DNA of 63,060 nt, filler included, from an uncultured Chlamydiae bacterium (GTDB lineage Bacteria; Chlamydiota; Chlamydiia; Chlamydiales; SM23-39): NCBI GenBank assembly GCA_937899275.1. It is 5 parts of 5 records of this genome, joined end to end, with 100 filler letters (N's around TTAATTAATTAA, not from the genome) between each part and the next. Parts side by side here need not be neighbours in the genome. Positions count along the whole stretch, not along the records: positions 35,567 to 40,032 come from CALBPE010000048.1; positions 40,133 to 52,498 come from CALBPE010000049.1; 3 more parts are not named here. One strand, given 5' to 3'. Below the pieces are notes generated by a model. The model saw only the letters and a program-made list of their open reading frames with translations, ran no database searches and was not told the DNA's origin. The position numbers and the translations under genes are program-made. Below, piece by piece: positions 39,479-51,700 of the stretch (its first letter is position 1; each line of letters starts with the position of its first letter).

Positions 39479-39918
39479 GCTTGTACCAGCTCTTGGAATG
39501 TGGGTAAATAGGGAGTTTGCCTGCGTTTTTTTTGCTCGTTCCAGTAAACAGATATTCCCTCTTTACTGACAAGCCCTAAAAAAGGCGCTTTCATTTCTGC
39601 GTTATAGCCTGTAAGCTGCCGAAGCGCTTTTTCTTCAGCGAGACTCTCTTTCGGAAGGGTGTCTTTACATTCGATTAAGAGTAAAGGATACATATCTCCC
39701 TTTAGAGTACAAAAGACCGCAATATCGATCCGTCTTTTTGCCGATCTAGGATCAAAAGAGGCTTTTTTAACAGATAATTCCACAGCGATATAGCGCTTTG
39801 GATAAGATAGCCGCAAAAGGTTTTGGATACAATTTTGCCGCACTTCCTCTTCTGGAAGTCTTTCGACCCACATATCTCGTATTGGGTCGTAGAGCTTATT
39901 CGGGGATTTCAATTTCAT
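39460..39918 (-). CDS. Stand-alone type I restriction enzyme HsdR N-terminal-like domain protein
   Basis: YDPIR..W....PEEEVRQ, YP...IAVE, RRIDI, LLIECK, QL..YN. Confidence 0.82.
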   Translation of the reverse strand: MKLKSPNKLYDPIRDMWVERLPEEEVRQNCIQNLLRLSYPKRYIAVELSVKKASFDPRSAKRRIDIAVFCTLKGDMYPLLLIECKDTLPKESLAEEKALRQLTGYNAEMKAPFLGLVSKEGISVYWNEQKKRRQTPYLPTFQELVQAWQSLS

Positions 39919-40032
39919 TGAGGCCAAATGTTGCATCCTCGCGGCGATACAGCACTTTAAAGCGCTGGTCTTCTTCACTTTTATAGATCATAAAAGGGCG
40001 ATTGGAAAGTTCCATATGCATCACAGCTTCTT

Positions 40033-40132
40033 NNNNNNNNNNNNNNNNNNNNNNNNNNNNNNNNNNNNNNNNNNNNTTAATTAATTAANNNNNNNNNNNN
40101 NNNNNNNNNNNNNNNNNNNNNNNNNNNNNNNN
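40033..40132. other. Artificial contig spacer
   Basis: N44-TTAATTAATTAA-N44. Confidence 0.99.
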
Positions 40133-41976
40133 CCCTCTTCATAACACACATATCCTGGAGGCGAGCCGGTCATGCGGCTAGCTGCAAAAATCTCCAAGTA
40201 AACAGACATGTCTTCATGGATTAAGGCATCTTCACCGCCAAACATATGGGTGGCAATTTGCCTTGCAAGAAGGGTTTTTCCAACGCCTGTGGGGCCTAAA
40301 AATAAAAATGCACCGATCGGTCGGTTGGGGTCTTTGATGTCTGCTCTACTTCTTCTAATGGCTTTACATACTTTGCTGTGCGCCTGTTTTTGCCCAATGA
40401 TATTTGCGTTTAATGTCTCTTCCATATTGAGGACTTTTTCTGTTTCCCCTTCTGTCAGTCGGGTAACGGGAATTTTCGTTTGCTTAGCGATGATTTTTGC
40501 AATTTCTTCATCATCGACGATACTTTTTTGCTCTTCTTTATTGTTTTCCCAAGCAGCGCGAAGAGACTCGAGTTTTTCTCGGAGTTTTTTTTCTGTATCG
40601 CGTAATCTAGCCGCTTTTTCATACTCCTGACCAGAAATCGCGGCTTCTTTAAGCTTGCGAGTTTCTTCTACTTCTGTTTCTAAAGCGTTCATTTCAGAGG
40701 GTTGACGCATTGTATTTACCCGAACTTTTGCACCTGCTTCGTCTAAAAGATCGATCGCTTTATCAGGTAAAAACCTTCCTGTGATGTAGCGATCAGAAAG
40801 GTAGACGGCGCTTTTGATGCATTCATCGGTGTAGATGCATCGATGGTGCTCTTCATATTTTGATTTGAGTCCCAGTAAAATTTGTTCACTTTCAGCGATG
40901 GAGGGAGGTCCTACCATAATAGTTTGGAACCTTCTTTCTAAAGCGGCATCTTTTTCAATGTGCTTGTACTCATCAATTGTCGTAGCGCCGATACACTGGA
41001 TTTCTCCTCTAGATAGCGCAGGCTTTAAAATATTGGAAGCGTCGATAGCGCCTTCGGCAGCGCCTGCACCTACAATGGTATGGATTTCATCAATGAAAAG
41101 GAGAATATTGCCATTTTTGCGCACTTCATCCATGACCGCTTTGATTCTTTCTTCAAATTGACCGCGGTATTTTGTGCCTGCAATCTTCAACGTTAAATCA
41201 AGAGAATTATGCCGTTTGTTGCGGAGATTGTCGGGGACATCGCCGCTGACAATCGCTTGGGCTAAACCCTCTACTATCGCGGTTTTACCGACCCCTGCTT
41301 CTCCAATGAGTACGGGGTTGTTTTTCCTTCTTCTACAAAGAATCAAAATCAGCCTTTGCACTTCTTCATGTCGACCAATTACAGGATCCATTTTCCCTTC
41401 ACGGCTCAGTTCGGTAAGATCGTGGCCATAAGCTCTTAGGGCAGGCGTTTTTTCTGCAGAAGAAGCGGTTTTTTCCGAGGAGCCTTTAGGCCCTGTTTGC
41501 GGACCTTCTGAGCCGCCCATAGGAGGCAATTGCAAATTAAATGTTTCTAATTCTTTTAAGACTTCCTTACGGATTTCTTTTAAATTGACATGAAGGTTTT
41601 CTAGCACCTGCGCTGCAACGCCATCTGTTTGTCTTAATAGAGCAAGAAGAAGGTGCTCTGTTCCCACATAATTATGGCTAAGGTTCCTTGCTTCTTCATT
41701 TGACATTTCAAAAACTTTTTTCACCTTGCCCGTAAGCGCAGGGTCGCCATACACCTGCATTTCTGGGCCGAAGCCTACAATTTTTTCCACTTCAGAGCGG
41801 ATTGTTTCATAATCTAAATTGAGATTACGCAGCACATTGACAGCGATTCCCTGACCTAATTTCAGCAGGCCTAAAAGAACGTGTTCTGTTCCTAAATAGT
41901 TGTGATTTAGACGCTGGGCTTCTTTTTTTGCCAGTTTAATGACTTGTTTGGCTCTATTGGTAAATTTGTCAAACAT
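40133..41976 (-). CDS. clpC: ATP-dependent Clp protease ATP-binding subunit ClpC, 3'-truncated
   Basis: [12 protein letters not shown], two Clp-N repeats (GTEH), [11 protein letters not shown] motif, GPTGVGKT. Confidence 0.97.
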
Positions 41977-42192
41977 GCAATCTCTCAGGTTATTAACGGA
42001 TCTTCCGCTCTAATCCGTATTTTAAACAATTTTTCGTATTTTTGTAAAATAGCGCTAAATATTTTTTTTACATTTATTTTCATGAAAAAGATCTCTATCT
42101 CTTTTATCTTGCGCTAGAAAAATATTTTGCTCTTCTGCTGTAAATTGTAGTTCTTCTTGCCAAAAAACCGGGTACTTAAAAAGAATGGAGTT

Positions 42193-42960
42193 ATGTTACA
42201 AATTCTTTCTACAAAGCCGCTTAGTGCCAAAGAAAATATGGATATGGACGCTCTTTTATTGGAGAGCATCGACCGCAGCTTAGATCCCATACTGCGATTT
42301 CATTCCTGGAAGTCTCCAAGTTTTACCTACGGCTATTTTACCCCTTTTGATCAATATATCTCTTCTGTAGAAGAAATGCAAAAGCGGGGGATCGATAGCG
42401 CAAAAAGACCTACAGGTGGTGGGATCACTTGCCATGCATACGATCTTTCCTTTGCTTTTTTACTACCTTCTTCTCATCGGAAGTTTTCCTCTGATACATT
42501 GGAAAATTACGCATTTGTCAACACAGTTGTGAAAAATGCATTGATGGAATGTTTTCCAGATGCCATGCAGCTTTTTTCCACAAAAAAAGAGGGAGCCTCT
42601 ACAAAAAAAATGGCCCCACCTTCTCCTTTTTGTATGGCAAAACCCACCAAATATGATGTGGTTTTGGAAGAAAAAGATCGGGGAAAAAGCGCTGGCATTA
42701 AAAAAATTGCAGGCGCTGCGCAAAGAAGAAAAAGAAGCGGGTATCTGCATCAGGGAACCATTTCAATTGCGCAGCCCAAATTAGATCTCCTAAGTCCAGA
42801 TATTATTCCCGATGCAAGTATAAGAGACGCCATTTTTTTTCATTCATATACTCCCTTGCAAGGCAACTGGCAAGAAGAAGATTTGCAAAATACACGGTAT
42901 AAGCTCCGCCTTTTACTGATCCAGCATTTCCGGCGAGCTCTGGATAATTCTTTCGAATAA
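42193..42960 (+). CDS. lplA: Lipoate-protein ligase A / octanoyltransferase family
   Basis: NMDMDALLL, KRPTGGG, KKIAGAAQRR, LHQGTI. Divergent from clpC. Confidence 0.85.
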   Translation: MLQILSTKPLSAKENMDMDALLLESIDRSLDPILRFHSWKSPSFTYGYFTPFDQYISSVEEMQKRGIDSAKRPTGGGITCHAYDLSFAFLLPSSHRKFSSDTLENYAFVNTVVKNALMECFPDAMQLFSTKKEGASTKKMAPPSPFCMAKPTKYDVVLEEKDRGKSAGIKKIAGAAQRRKRSGYLHQGTISIAQPKLDLLSPDIIPDASIRDAIFFHSYTPLQGNWQEEDLQNTRYKLRLLLIQHFRRALDNSFE

Positions 42961-43005
42961 AATTTCTAAGGGAGCTATACTGTCTTTTGGTAGATAAGGT
43001 GCAAA

Positions 43006-44523
43006 ATGCAAAAAAGACGTACAGCAATTTCCCCCACACGAGAAGAGAACTATTCCGATTGGTATCAAGAGGTGATCAAAAAAGCAGATCTTGCCGAGCA
43101 TACCAAAGTACGAGGATCGATGGTGATGAAACCTTGGGGCTACGCCCTTTGGGAAAACATCCGCCGCATACTCAATGAAAAATTTGAAGAGACAGGCCAT
43201 GAAAACGCCTACTTTCCTCTTTTTATTCCTCTGAGTTACCTAGAAAAAGAAGCGCAGCATGTAGAAGGCTTTGCTAAAGAATGCGCTGTGGTAACCCACC
43301 ACCGTTTGGAACAAGACGAGAAGGGACGTTTGATTCCCAAGGGTAAGTTAGAAGAGCCGCTCATTGTTCGCCCCACATCAGAAATGATCATTGGAGAGAC
43401 CTATGCAAAATGGGTGGAGTCGTACCGAGATCTACCGATTTTACTCAATCAATGGGCAAATGTTGTCCGTTGGGAGATGCGCACCCGCCTTTTCTTGCGC
43501 ACCACAGAGTTTCTATGGCAAGAAGGACATACCGCTCATGAGACAAAAGAAGAGGCTCTTTTTGAAACCAAGCAGATGCTAAACGTTTATGTCGATTTTT
43601 GTAGAGAGTATCTCGCAATGCCTGTAGTTCCTGGGCAAAAAACAGAAGAAGAGCGTTTTCCAGGGGCTGTGTCTACGTACACAATAGAGGCTATGATGCA
43701 GGATCGAAAAGCGCTGCAGGCCGGAACATCTCATTTCTTAGGCCAAAACTTTGCAAAATCTTCAGGCATCCAGTTTCAATCGAGGACAGGTGATGTAGAA
43801 TATGCTTGGACTACTTCTTGGGGCGTTACCACAAGGTTAATTGGAGCTATGGTGATGATGCATAGCGATGATGATGGGTTGATCCTTCCCCCTGCTATTG
43901 CTTCAAAACATGTAGTGATTCTGCCGATTATTCCCAATCAAGAGCAGGAAAAACATATTTTAGACTATGCAAATCGTCTGAAAAAAGATCTAGAAAAACT
44001 CCAGTACAAAGGATCTGCCATCAAAGTCCATATTGACAAAAGAGAGATGAGAGGCGGTGAAAAGATGTGGTCTTGGGTAAAAAAAGGGGCGCCTATCCGT
44101 CTTGAAATTGGTCCTAAAGAGTATGAGGCAAAAACCGTTTCTTTATTCCAAAGAACAAAACCTCCAAAAGATCGGCGCTCTTATCTTGCAAATGAGCTTT
44201 CCTCTTTACTGCCAGAGCTTTTAGATGAAGTGCAAAAAGAGCTCTTTACAAAAGCAGATGCATTCAGAAAAACCCATACCCACAGGATCGATTCTTTAGA
44301 AGATCTCTACCGGTTTTTTACCCCGAAAAACCCATCTTCTCCTGAAATTCATGGAGGATTTGCTTTAGCTCCTTTTGATCCATCACAAAGCGCCGACAAA
44401 CTCCAAGAAGATTTAGGAGTAACTGTCCGATGTATCCCAGAAGAGCAGCCTCAAGAAGAGGGCATTTGTATTTTATCTAAGAAAAAAACCCGAACCTACG
44501 CGATTTTTGCCAAAGCCTATTGA
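43006..44523 (+). CDS. proS: Proline--tRNA ligase (archaeal/eukaryotic-like type)
   Basis: YSDWYQEV, VRPTSE, QWANVVRWE, FLWQEGHT, QAGTSHFLGQNF, C-terminal FAKAY. Confidence 0.97.
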   Translation: MQKRRTAISPTREENYSDWYQEVIKKADLAEHTKVRGSMVMKPWGYALWENIRRILNEKFEETGHENAYFPLFIPLSYLEKEAQHVEGFAKECAVVTHHRLEQDEKGRLIPKGKLEEPLIVRPTSEMIIGETYAKWVESYRDLPILLNQWANVVRWEMRTRLFLRTTEFLWQEGHTAHETKEEALFETKQMLNVYVDFCREYLAMPVVPGQKTEEERFPGAVSTYTIEAMMQDRKALQAGTSHFLGQNFAKSSGIQFQSRTGDVEYAWTTSWGVTTRLIGAMVMMHSDDDGLILPPAIASKHVVILPIIPNQEQEKHILDYANRLKKDLEKLQYKGSAIKVHIDKREMRGGEKMWSWVKKGAPIRLEIGPKEYEAKTVSLFQRTKPPKDRRSYLANELSSLLPELLDEVQKELFTKADAFRKTHTHRIDSLEDLYRFFTPKNPSSPEIHGGFALAPFDPSQSADKLQEDLGVTVRCIPEEQPQEEGICILSKKKTRTYAIFAKAY

Positions 44524-44532
44524 AGGAGAGTC

Positions 44533-46671
44533 ATGCTGCAATTTTTTCGATATTACCAAAAATTTTTGTTCACCGTCATTGCGATTGTGATCAGCCTATC
44601 GTTTCTTTTTTCTGGATCTTATGTCTCTTTTTTATCCAATAGGATGGAAGAGCCTTCTCCCTTTGTAGCTACCCTGATCGATGGATCCAAGATCACACAA
44701 AAAGAGCTTGCGGGGTTTGTGCGCTTCATTAGCACAGAAAAGCAGGGAAAAGACCTCAGCTCAATCAATGTGTGGAATGAAGGGCTCTTAGCTAACTATC
44801 TATTTGCCCTTGGATTAGAAGAGCGGTTTTATTCTCTTAGAAAAGATACCTATGATGCATTTTACGAAGATCTATGGGAAAAAATCTCCCAGTACCAGCC
44901 GTATGTCCACGCAAAAGCGCCGTTCATTCGAGCGGAGGGAGTGTGGTCGAGTTTTGCTCCCGAAATCAATGAAAAAAGAAAAAGCCTACCTAACAAATGG
45001 GATAAAACCGCACTAAAAACCCTTGCAGATCTATACCAAGAAGAGCAGAAATTTCCGGCAGAGATGCTGCGAAGAGTGCTGAGGTATTACGAAAAAGAAG
45101 CGCGCGTTGAGCCCGATCCTAGGCTCCGAACTTATCCACTTGGTCTCTTTGGTTTTTCTTCTCCAAAAGCGTGGTTTCCCCCCGAGTTTTTCCAAGACGC
45201 CGCACTGTTTTTTATGAATACCGCAAAACAAGCGATCAAAACCGGCTGCACCATCTCTAGATCCACAATTGAAGAAGAGCTGCAAAAAGCTCTTTTTGCC
45301 TATCTCCCGAAAGAAGGCGTCGATCCAGAGGCTTTTTCTCGCGGGCAGCTTGCCGCTTTAGGTCTACAAGAAAAACAGCTATTTTCTTTGATGGAAACGC
45401 TTCTTTTAGCGACAAAGTATATCGATTCTCTTGGTCAAAGCGCTTTTCTAGATCCAAAGCTTTTCTATCCTTTAGTAGAAGATCAGCTGGAAATGGTCAC
45501 AGTGAAAAAGCGCTCAATGGCAGAAGATGCGGTTTTTACTACGCATAAAGACTACGCGCTTTTTGCCCTGTATAAAATGGCAGTATCTCCCAGCCAGGGA
45601 AAGTATATCGATCAGTATTTTCCCATCGATGTGATTAAGAAAAAATACCCTAAGCTCGTATCTTCTTCCTACAAAGCCTTCTGCTCTTTTGTTTCTTTGC
45701 AAGAATGCGCATCGAATCTTCCCTTACAAGAGATCTGGGCTTGGCAAGCAAAAGATGATGGTTACGCGCTTTTACAAAAGCGCATCAAAACCCTTCCCCC
45801 AGAAACCTCTCCTGAAAAACGGCTAGAGCATATCGATCTACTGCCACCTGATATGAAGAAAATAGCGCTGGATTTTTCTAAGAAAAAGATGATGCAAAAT
45901 CGAGAAGACCTCATTGTTTCTACCCTAGAAAAAAAACCGAAAAAAGAGCTGTATATTCAGGTGTTTGCAGATGGATCTCTTACAGGCCTACAGATCGGTA
46001 AATCAGCAAAGCTGCAAAAACTTCTTGCAAAAGCGCCTCTACAAGGGCAAATCGATCTAACGGTAGATGAACTAAAAGCGCAAGAAGAGCTATACGCATT
46101 TAGCCCTGACGGAGAAGGGTTTTTTCAAATTGCAGTTGTAGAAAAAGGTAAAGAAGAGCTTCTTACCTTTAAAAAAGCGAAACATGCAGGCGCGCTAGAG
46201 CCGCTATTTCAAGAGCATATGCAAGAAATGCGTCCTATAGTAGAAAAAACGCATCCTAAGATTTTTTCTTTAAAAGATTCCAAAGTACAAGAAGAGCATC
46301 TTGCAAAAGCTCTTTTTCCTTGTAAAGATATCGCAGGGTATTTCGCGTCCCACATAGAGGCTTGTAGGAGCAGTTCGTCTACATACGCCGATACAGTAGA
46401 TCAGCAGTGGCAGCTCGCTACTTCTGAAGAGAAGATAGAAGGTAAAGAAAAAGCCGCTTTTTTATCCCATCTTTCTGCAAACGAGAGTTCATCTGTCATC
46501 AAAACGCCCTTTCCAGCAATCTATACTCTACTGAAAAGAGATAAAAAAGACCTTGCAGAGCTTCCAGAATTTATCAAAGCAAAAAAAGCCCTACAACAAG
46601 AAGCAAAAAAGGAGTCTTCGCATCAATTATGGAAAAGTTTTCACGAAAAGGGGCTTTTTTGCATTGAGTGA
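44533..46671 (+). CDS. Conserved chlamydial hypothetical protein with PpiD/SurA-like membrane-anchored N-terminus
   Basis: MLQFFRYYQK followed by a TM helix and a long helical soluble part. Confidence 0.6.
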   Translation: MLQFFRYYQKFLFTVIAIVISLSFLFSGSYVSFLSNRMEEPSPFVATLIDGSKITQKELAGFVRFISTEKQGKDLSSINVWNEGLLANYLFALGLEERFYSLRKDTYDAFYEDLWEKISQYQPYVHAKAPFIRAEGVWSSFAPEINEKRKSLPNKWDKTALKTLADLYQEEQKFPAEMLRRVLRYYEKEARVEPDPRLRTYPLGLFGFSSPKAWFPPEFFQDAALFFMNTAKQAIKTGCTISRSTIEEELQKALFAYLPKEGVDPEAFSRGQLAALGLQEKQLFSLMETLLLATKYIDSLGQSAFLDPKLFYPLVEDQLEMVTVKKRSMAEDAVFTTHKDYALFALYKMAVSPSQGKYIDQYFPIDVIKKKYPKLVSSSYKAFCSFVSLQECASNLPLQEIWAWQAKDDGYALLQKRIKTLPPETSPEKRLEHIDLLPPDMKKIALDFSKKKMMQNREDLIVSTLEKKPKKELYIQVFADGSLTGLQIGKSAKLQKLLAKAPLQGQIDLTVDELKAQEELYAFSPDGEGFFQIAVVEKGKEELLTFKKAKHAGALEPLFQEHMQEMRPIVEKTHPKIFSLKDSKVQEEHLAKALFPCKDIAGYFASHIEACRSSSSTYADTVDQQWQLATSEEKIEGKEKAAFLSHLSANESSSVIKTPFPAIYTLLKRDKKDLAELPEFIKAKKALQQEAKKESSHQLWKSFHEKGLFCIE

Positions 46672-47296
46672 TCTCGATCTTGTACCTTTATCGGTCTTTC
46701 CGTTTTTTTCTTTTTCTTTACCTATCTATAAAAAAACCACTGCGTTATTTCATACGAAGAAGTACAAAATCCCTGAGCTGCAACGTTATTTAGATGAAGA
46801 GCGTTTTGCCGACGTGTATAGCGCATACGATGAGGAGGCGCTATATTTGCATGTGGATGCGCGCTCTGAAGTAGGGGTAGATACCAACTATAGAAAAGGG
46901 GACTGTCTCGAGCTATTTCTTCATACAAAAAAAGACGATACAAGAACCTTTATGACCCAATTTTGCCATCATTTGGTGTTTTTTCCAGAACCTGTCGATG
47001 GCAAACTTGTAAAAGAAGTGACAAAGTTTCGTACAGAAGAAGTGCATCCTCTTCTGACTGAAGAAGATCTCGAAGTACAAAGTAAAGTAGAGCCTGGAAG
47101 ATACTTCCTCGATATCGCCATTCCTTACGCTGCGCTTCACGGTTTTACACCAGAAAAAAAACAGCTGCGCCTTTTCTACAGAATCAATCGTAAAACAGGT
47201 CTTTCTCAAAGCTTATCGATGTCCTCTTTAGAATACGATCCGCAAAAAGTACCGCATGCCTGGCCAGAAGTAGAGTTTATTTCTTCTTTTAAATAA
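46664..47296 (+). CDS. Hypothetical protein, CBM9/DOMON-like fold possible
   Basis: AYDEEALYL, GDCLELF and YFLDIAIPY..LHG patterns. TTG start overlapping the upstream stop. Confidence 0.6.
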   Translation: MSDLDLVPLSVFPFFSFSLPIYKKTTALFHTKKYKIPELQRYLDEERFADVYSAYDEEALYLHVDARSEVGVDTNYRKGDCLELFLHTKKDDTRTFMTQFCHHLVFFPEPVDGKLVKEVTKFRTEEVHPLLTEEDLEVQSKVEPGRYFLDIAIPYAALHGFTPEKKQLRLFYRINRKTGLSQSLSMSSLEYDPQKVPHAWPEVEFISSFK

Positions 47297-47352
47297 AGAG
47301 GGTAGGCGGTAATTTCAACAACCTAAATTGTATCTATCTCAAGGAATCATTT

Positions 47353-48294
47353 GTGGGCGTAAATTCTATAGTGGATCCTAAAATGTATGTGCAAGATGTG
47401 TACCGGCTGATCCTCGATTTAACATCTGATCCAACATTTTGGGAAATTGTACAGGATAAAGTAGAAAAAATAGCCGGTAAAACATTTGCCCAGTATTTTG
47501 CGCTGAGTAGTGGCTATAACCTAAAAAGTTTAGTAGCGGGAGCTAGAAAATGTATCGATGCATGGCCACAAGATCGCAAAGAAACCGCTGTGCCTTGTAT
47601 ACAAAATATCTTACTAGGAGAGCTGTTTGGAGAGAGCAAAGTAGGTGAAAATAGCCGGGTTGCTTATGCTTTGTCTAGGCGGTCGGGGGCGGATTCTCAT
47701 CTTATGCGTTCTTTGATTTCTGCCGAAAAAGATCTCCTTGATATGCAAAAAAAACCCATTTATGAGGCGCTTAAAAAAGCGTTTCCTATAGAACTACAGA
47801 GTGTAGAGAAAAGCTTTTTGGAAGATTCGTTTGCAGAGAAAAATAATGAGATCATCCGTTTTTTATTGAAGCAGTGTTCTCATCAAGATAGGTTCTGGAT
47901 TAAGCTATTCGATGTGTATGCTGGTGTATATGAGAAGCAGGTTGGCCTAGATCAAAAAAGCCTGCAAGCAGCTCTACAAGATGCAGAAAAACTCTCTTCT
48001 TTTCAATCTTCTTTGGATCAACTAAACATCCCCAGCAAAGAGAGGGCTGCTTTGCAGGGCGTTTGCAAGCAGCTGAAAAGCTCCCTATCGGATAATGATA
48101 AAAAAAAGCATATGTTAGGTTTTTTACAGCTTGTCTTGCCGAATCTTTCCGAAGATGGTGTAGTAGTCGAGCTTGCAATCAAGAAGGGATTATTGTGTTT
48201 GAAAAAGCCAAGCTGGTTTTTCCTTATGGACAGCAGATGCGCGTATCTTGAAAAAGCATGCGATTACCTTGAACAAAAAGGTAATCTAAGTTGA
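47353..48294 (+). CDS. Hypothetical protein
   Basis: 313-aa ORF with AAGGA RBS. No recognisable motif. Confidence 0.7.
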   Translation: MGVNSIVDPKMYVQDVYRLILDLTSDPTFWEIVQDKVEKIAGKTFAQYFALSSGYNLKSLVAGARKCIDAWPQDRKETAVPCIQNILLGELFGESKVGENSRVAYALSRRSGADSHLMRSLISAEKDLLDMQKKPIYEALKKAFPIELQSVEKSFLEDSFAEKNNEIIRFLLKQCSHQDRFWIKLFDVYAGVYEKQVGLDQKSLQAALQDAEKLSSFQSSLDQLNIPSKERAALQGVCKQLKSSLSDNDKKKHMLGFLQLVLPNLSEDGVVVELAIKKGLLCLKKPSWFFLMDSRCAYLEKACDYLEQKGNLS

Positions 48295-48371
48295 AAAGAG
48301 CTTTTTTAAAAACAAATATCTACTAGACACAATGTATAGCCTCTTTTTAGAATGGATAAAAACGAGGTTCT

Positions 48372-48728
48372 ATGAAATTTAGCAGCTCTCACGAATGGGC
48401 AAAGTGGCAAGATGGTACTGCGTATATTGGCATTACCGATCACGCAAAAGAGGAAATTGGAGAGATCACCTACATTGAACTTCCTTCTGTTGGAAGAGAA
48501 CTGCAAGCAGGTGAAGAAGCGGTCATTGTAGAATCTACCAAAGCAGCGGCAGATATTTACACCCCCCTTTCAGGAAGAGTTACATCGATCAATGAACAGC
48601 TGATGCAAAATCCCCAACTGATTTATGAAGGGGGAGAAGATAGCTGGCTTTTTACACTCCAAGACATTGATGAAAATGAGTATCAAGAGCTGTTAACCAA
48701 GGAAGAGTATCAATCCCTTTTGTCTTAA
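48372..48728 (+). CDS. gcvH: Glycine cleavage system H protein / lipoyl carrier
   Basis: SHEW, IGITDHA, lipoyl-lysine motif VESTKAAADIYTPLSG. Confidence 0.95.
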   Translation: MKFSSSHEWAKWQDGTAYIGITDHAKEEIGEITYIELPSVGRELQAGEEAVIVESTKAAADIYTPLSGRVTSINEQLMQNPQLIYEGGEDSWLFTLQDIDENEYQELLTKEEYQSLLS

Positions 48729-48795
48729 TGAAAAGAACTTTTTATCGTTTATGTGTGATCCCATGTATGCAATGGCCTAGCTTTAGGGGGTAAGG

Positions 48796-51700
48796 ATGAA
48801 AAAACGATTTACCCTGATCCTTCTTAGCGCGGTTGCACTTTTTCTCGGGATTTTTTGGAGAAATACCCTTTCTGTTATTGCGGATGTCTACATCCATGCA
48901 TCGATTAAACAGCAGCTTGGAGCCTCTTTTACCCGCGGCAACGTATCGTATGAAAAGGGGTATTTATCTATTGAAGATGTCTCAATAAAAAAAGAAGAAA
49001 ACGGCGTTGCCTATACCCTAAAATCGCAAAAGGTACACATCCAGCCGAAATGGTCTGACGGCGCTTTACAGTATCATGTCCGCTTGTTTTCCCCCGATCT
49101 TGTGGTCAAAAAACATCCCGGGGGCCAGTTTTTTTCTACCGAGACAGCGCTTTTTGAAGGGATATTTTTTGAGATCGATGAAGGCTCGTTTTGTTTAGAA
49201 GATTTGGTAAAGGAGCAAAAATGCTCTGGAAAAATGCAGCAGATTGCCCCTTTTGCCTATCAGATTTCTTGCCATCAATCTACCGCTTCTATCCGCTATT
49301 TTACAGAAAAAGGCGCTGCGCATTGGAGTTTAGATCTAGTAAATATGGATCTTGCTGATGGATACTTTTTAGCCGATTTTTTTCTAGAAAAAGTGCCGTA
49401 CATTGCTTCTGCATCGGGCAAAGCTACCGGAAGTATTCATATGAAAAAACGCCCTTTAGAAAAAAAGGAGTTTTTTGGTGAATACCATATTGATGATTTA
49501 GAGCTCACTTCTTGTCATCAACGTCTAAAAGCAAAAGAAGTGTTTGCCTCATTTTCCTATCCGGTGAAAAGCGCATCTTCTCATAGCCCTTTAGTGGAAG
49601 CGTTTTTTGCACCTATTGCCAATGCAAAGTGCGCTATTTCTTTTCATGAATCTACCTTATCTTCTTTAAAAGCGCCTTTACTACAAGATATGGATATCCA
49701 ATTTTCCTATCACCCTGAAGTAGGCCCCAAACTCTATGCAAAGGCGGTTCATCAAGTAGGGCCTATTGCTCTAGAAGGTAGGGGGTATTTTCATAGCACG
49801 AAGCAAAATTGGATGGATGTCACCTGTTTTTTTGGCGAACAGCCGATCTTTTTGCAGGCTAAAGAAAAAGGGGATGAAGCCATTTGTTTAGAAGGGCGCT
49901 GCACTAGATTTTCCCATGAAAAACTCGATGTTTTACGCGATCTTTTTTCCTCTTTTTATCCCACGCTAGAAGGGGCGACTATTCAAGAGGGGAAAACAAC
50001 GCTCGATCTAAAGGCGTATGTAGACCATGGAGAATTTAAGGATATAGTCGTAAACAAAGCAGCTATTGAGAACTTATCTTTCCACCTGCCGAAAAAAGAT
50101 ATCTATTGCCGCGCAAAAAAGATTTTTTTCAAAGGTTCGTATGATCTAAGTGAAAAAAACGGGTTTTCCTCCCTTTTTTCTACCATCGATATCGAGGAAG
50201 GCAACCTTTTGTATAGAGGCGTGGAAATCGCGCAGGTGCAAAGCGGTTATTCTGAAGAAAAGGGATATATCCTTCCTTCAAAATGTGTTTTCTCAATAGA
50301 GGGATTAGAAAACCATATTGAGGTAACAGGGCCGATTGACGAGTGTTCTCTTACAAGCATGGTTCAGGGAAATACCAGACGTTTTTTTTCCAAGTACATC
50401 TCTCATGAAGAAGAGTTTTCTGAAGAGATCAGCGCAACGATTTCTATCAAAAAGAAAAAAGATGAGGCGCTTGTCTTCGGTAGTTTACAAATCGCAGAAG
50501 AAGATATTTCTTTTGGTTTAGATGTAGTTGTAGAGCCTATCCATCTTTGTAAAGTACATAGCGGTTGGATGAGGGCAAAAGATATAGACCTTGCTCACTA
50601 CGCTCCATTTTTTTCAGGCACGTTATTCAAAGGTAAAGCAGATGTTTCGATGCAGTACCAAAAGCTGCGAGCGCATTTTGATTTAATCGGCTCTGACTAC
50701 GCTTTTCGGATGAAAGGAGTAGAGCTTTTGTTAGGCGATACGGCAAATCTTTCTTTTAGCTATGATTTTTCAGATCATACATGGGACTGCGATGCACTTT
50801 TGCATAAAGCGTCTTTGATGATCGACCGTTTTTCTATGCGCTTTGAAGATATCGAAGGACCCTTTTCTATTCGGCAGAATTTCCTTCAAGCAAATCAACT
50901 TGCATTTACCCTAGAGGAAATTGAAGGCGCTTTAGATGTGTATCTCGATTTTCGGGATCAAGTGCATTTAGATGTGTTTAGTAGCGTAATGCAGGGAAAT
51001 CTTTCTTCAGTAAGCGCTCTTTGTAATCGCGCAGGGATTTCTTGTAAACTGCCTTTAAAAGGCGCTTTTGCGGTAGAAAAAGAGGGGTGTTATATCTCAA
51101 CAGATTTTGTATCCGATACAAAGTGGGGAGTTTCTGCAAATATATCTGGTGGGAAAACCGAGCTTACTTCCCAGGTGTCGATAGAAGATGTGCAAGCGAT
51201 CATCTCGTATCACTCTGATCCCAATCAAGAAGTAGAAGGATCGATGGAGGCTACTTGCAAGCTAGGCGACAAAACATACGCTCTTTCTATGCCAAGTTTA
51301 TACCGTGAAGCTGCAGGATCGATTGCTTTTGATCTTCGTTTAGAAGATGCTTTCTGGGATATCCTCCGGCTGAAAGGAACCTGTAGCTATGAAAAAGATC
51401 GAGGTTTTGCTCTCGACTTTACAGAAGAAAATGTAGAGGTTTTCGGGGAAAAATGTGCGATCAGCTCCGCTTTATTAGATGAACACCTTAGGCTAAAAAG
51501 TGGGCAGTTAGCCGTAGAGATGCCCCTTTCTTTAGTAGAAAAACGTCTTTCTTTCTTTTTGCCGCTGTTTTCCTGCAGAGATCTCGATGTTTCTAACCTT
51601 TTTCCTTGCCCAGTAAAAGGAGCGGTAAAAACAGTATTTCGGCTAACGGATCAAGGCGCAGAAATGGACCTAAAGGGAGAGAACCTGCAGCTTGGTAAAA

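Noticed and set aside
39460..39918. Type I restriction-modification system
   Set aside because: Only a stand-alone HsdR N-terminal-like domain, with no helicase motifs, hsdM or hsdS. The contig ends just upstream.
40133..41220. Diversity-generating-retroelement-like adenine mutagenesis
   Set aside because: No reverse transcriptase or template/variable repeat pair is present, and the affected genes are housekeeping.
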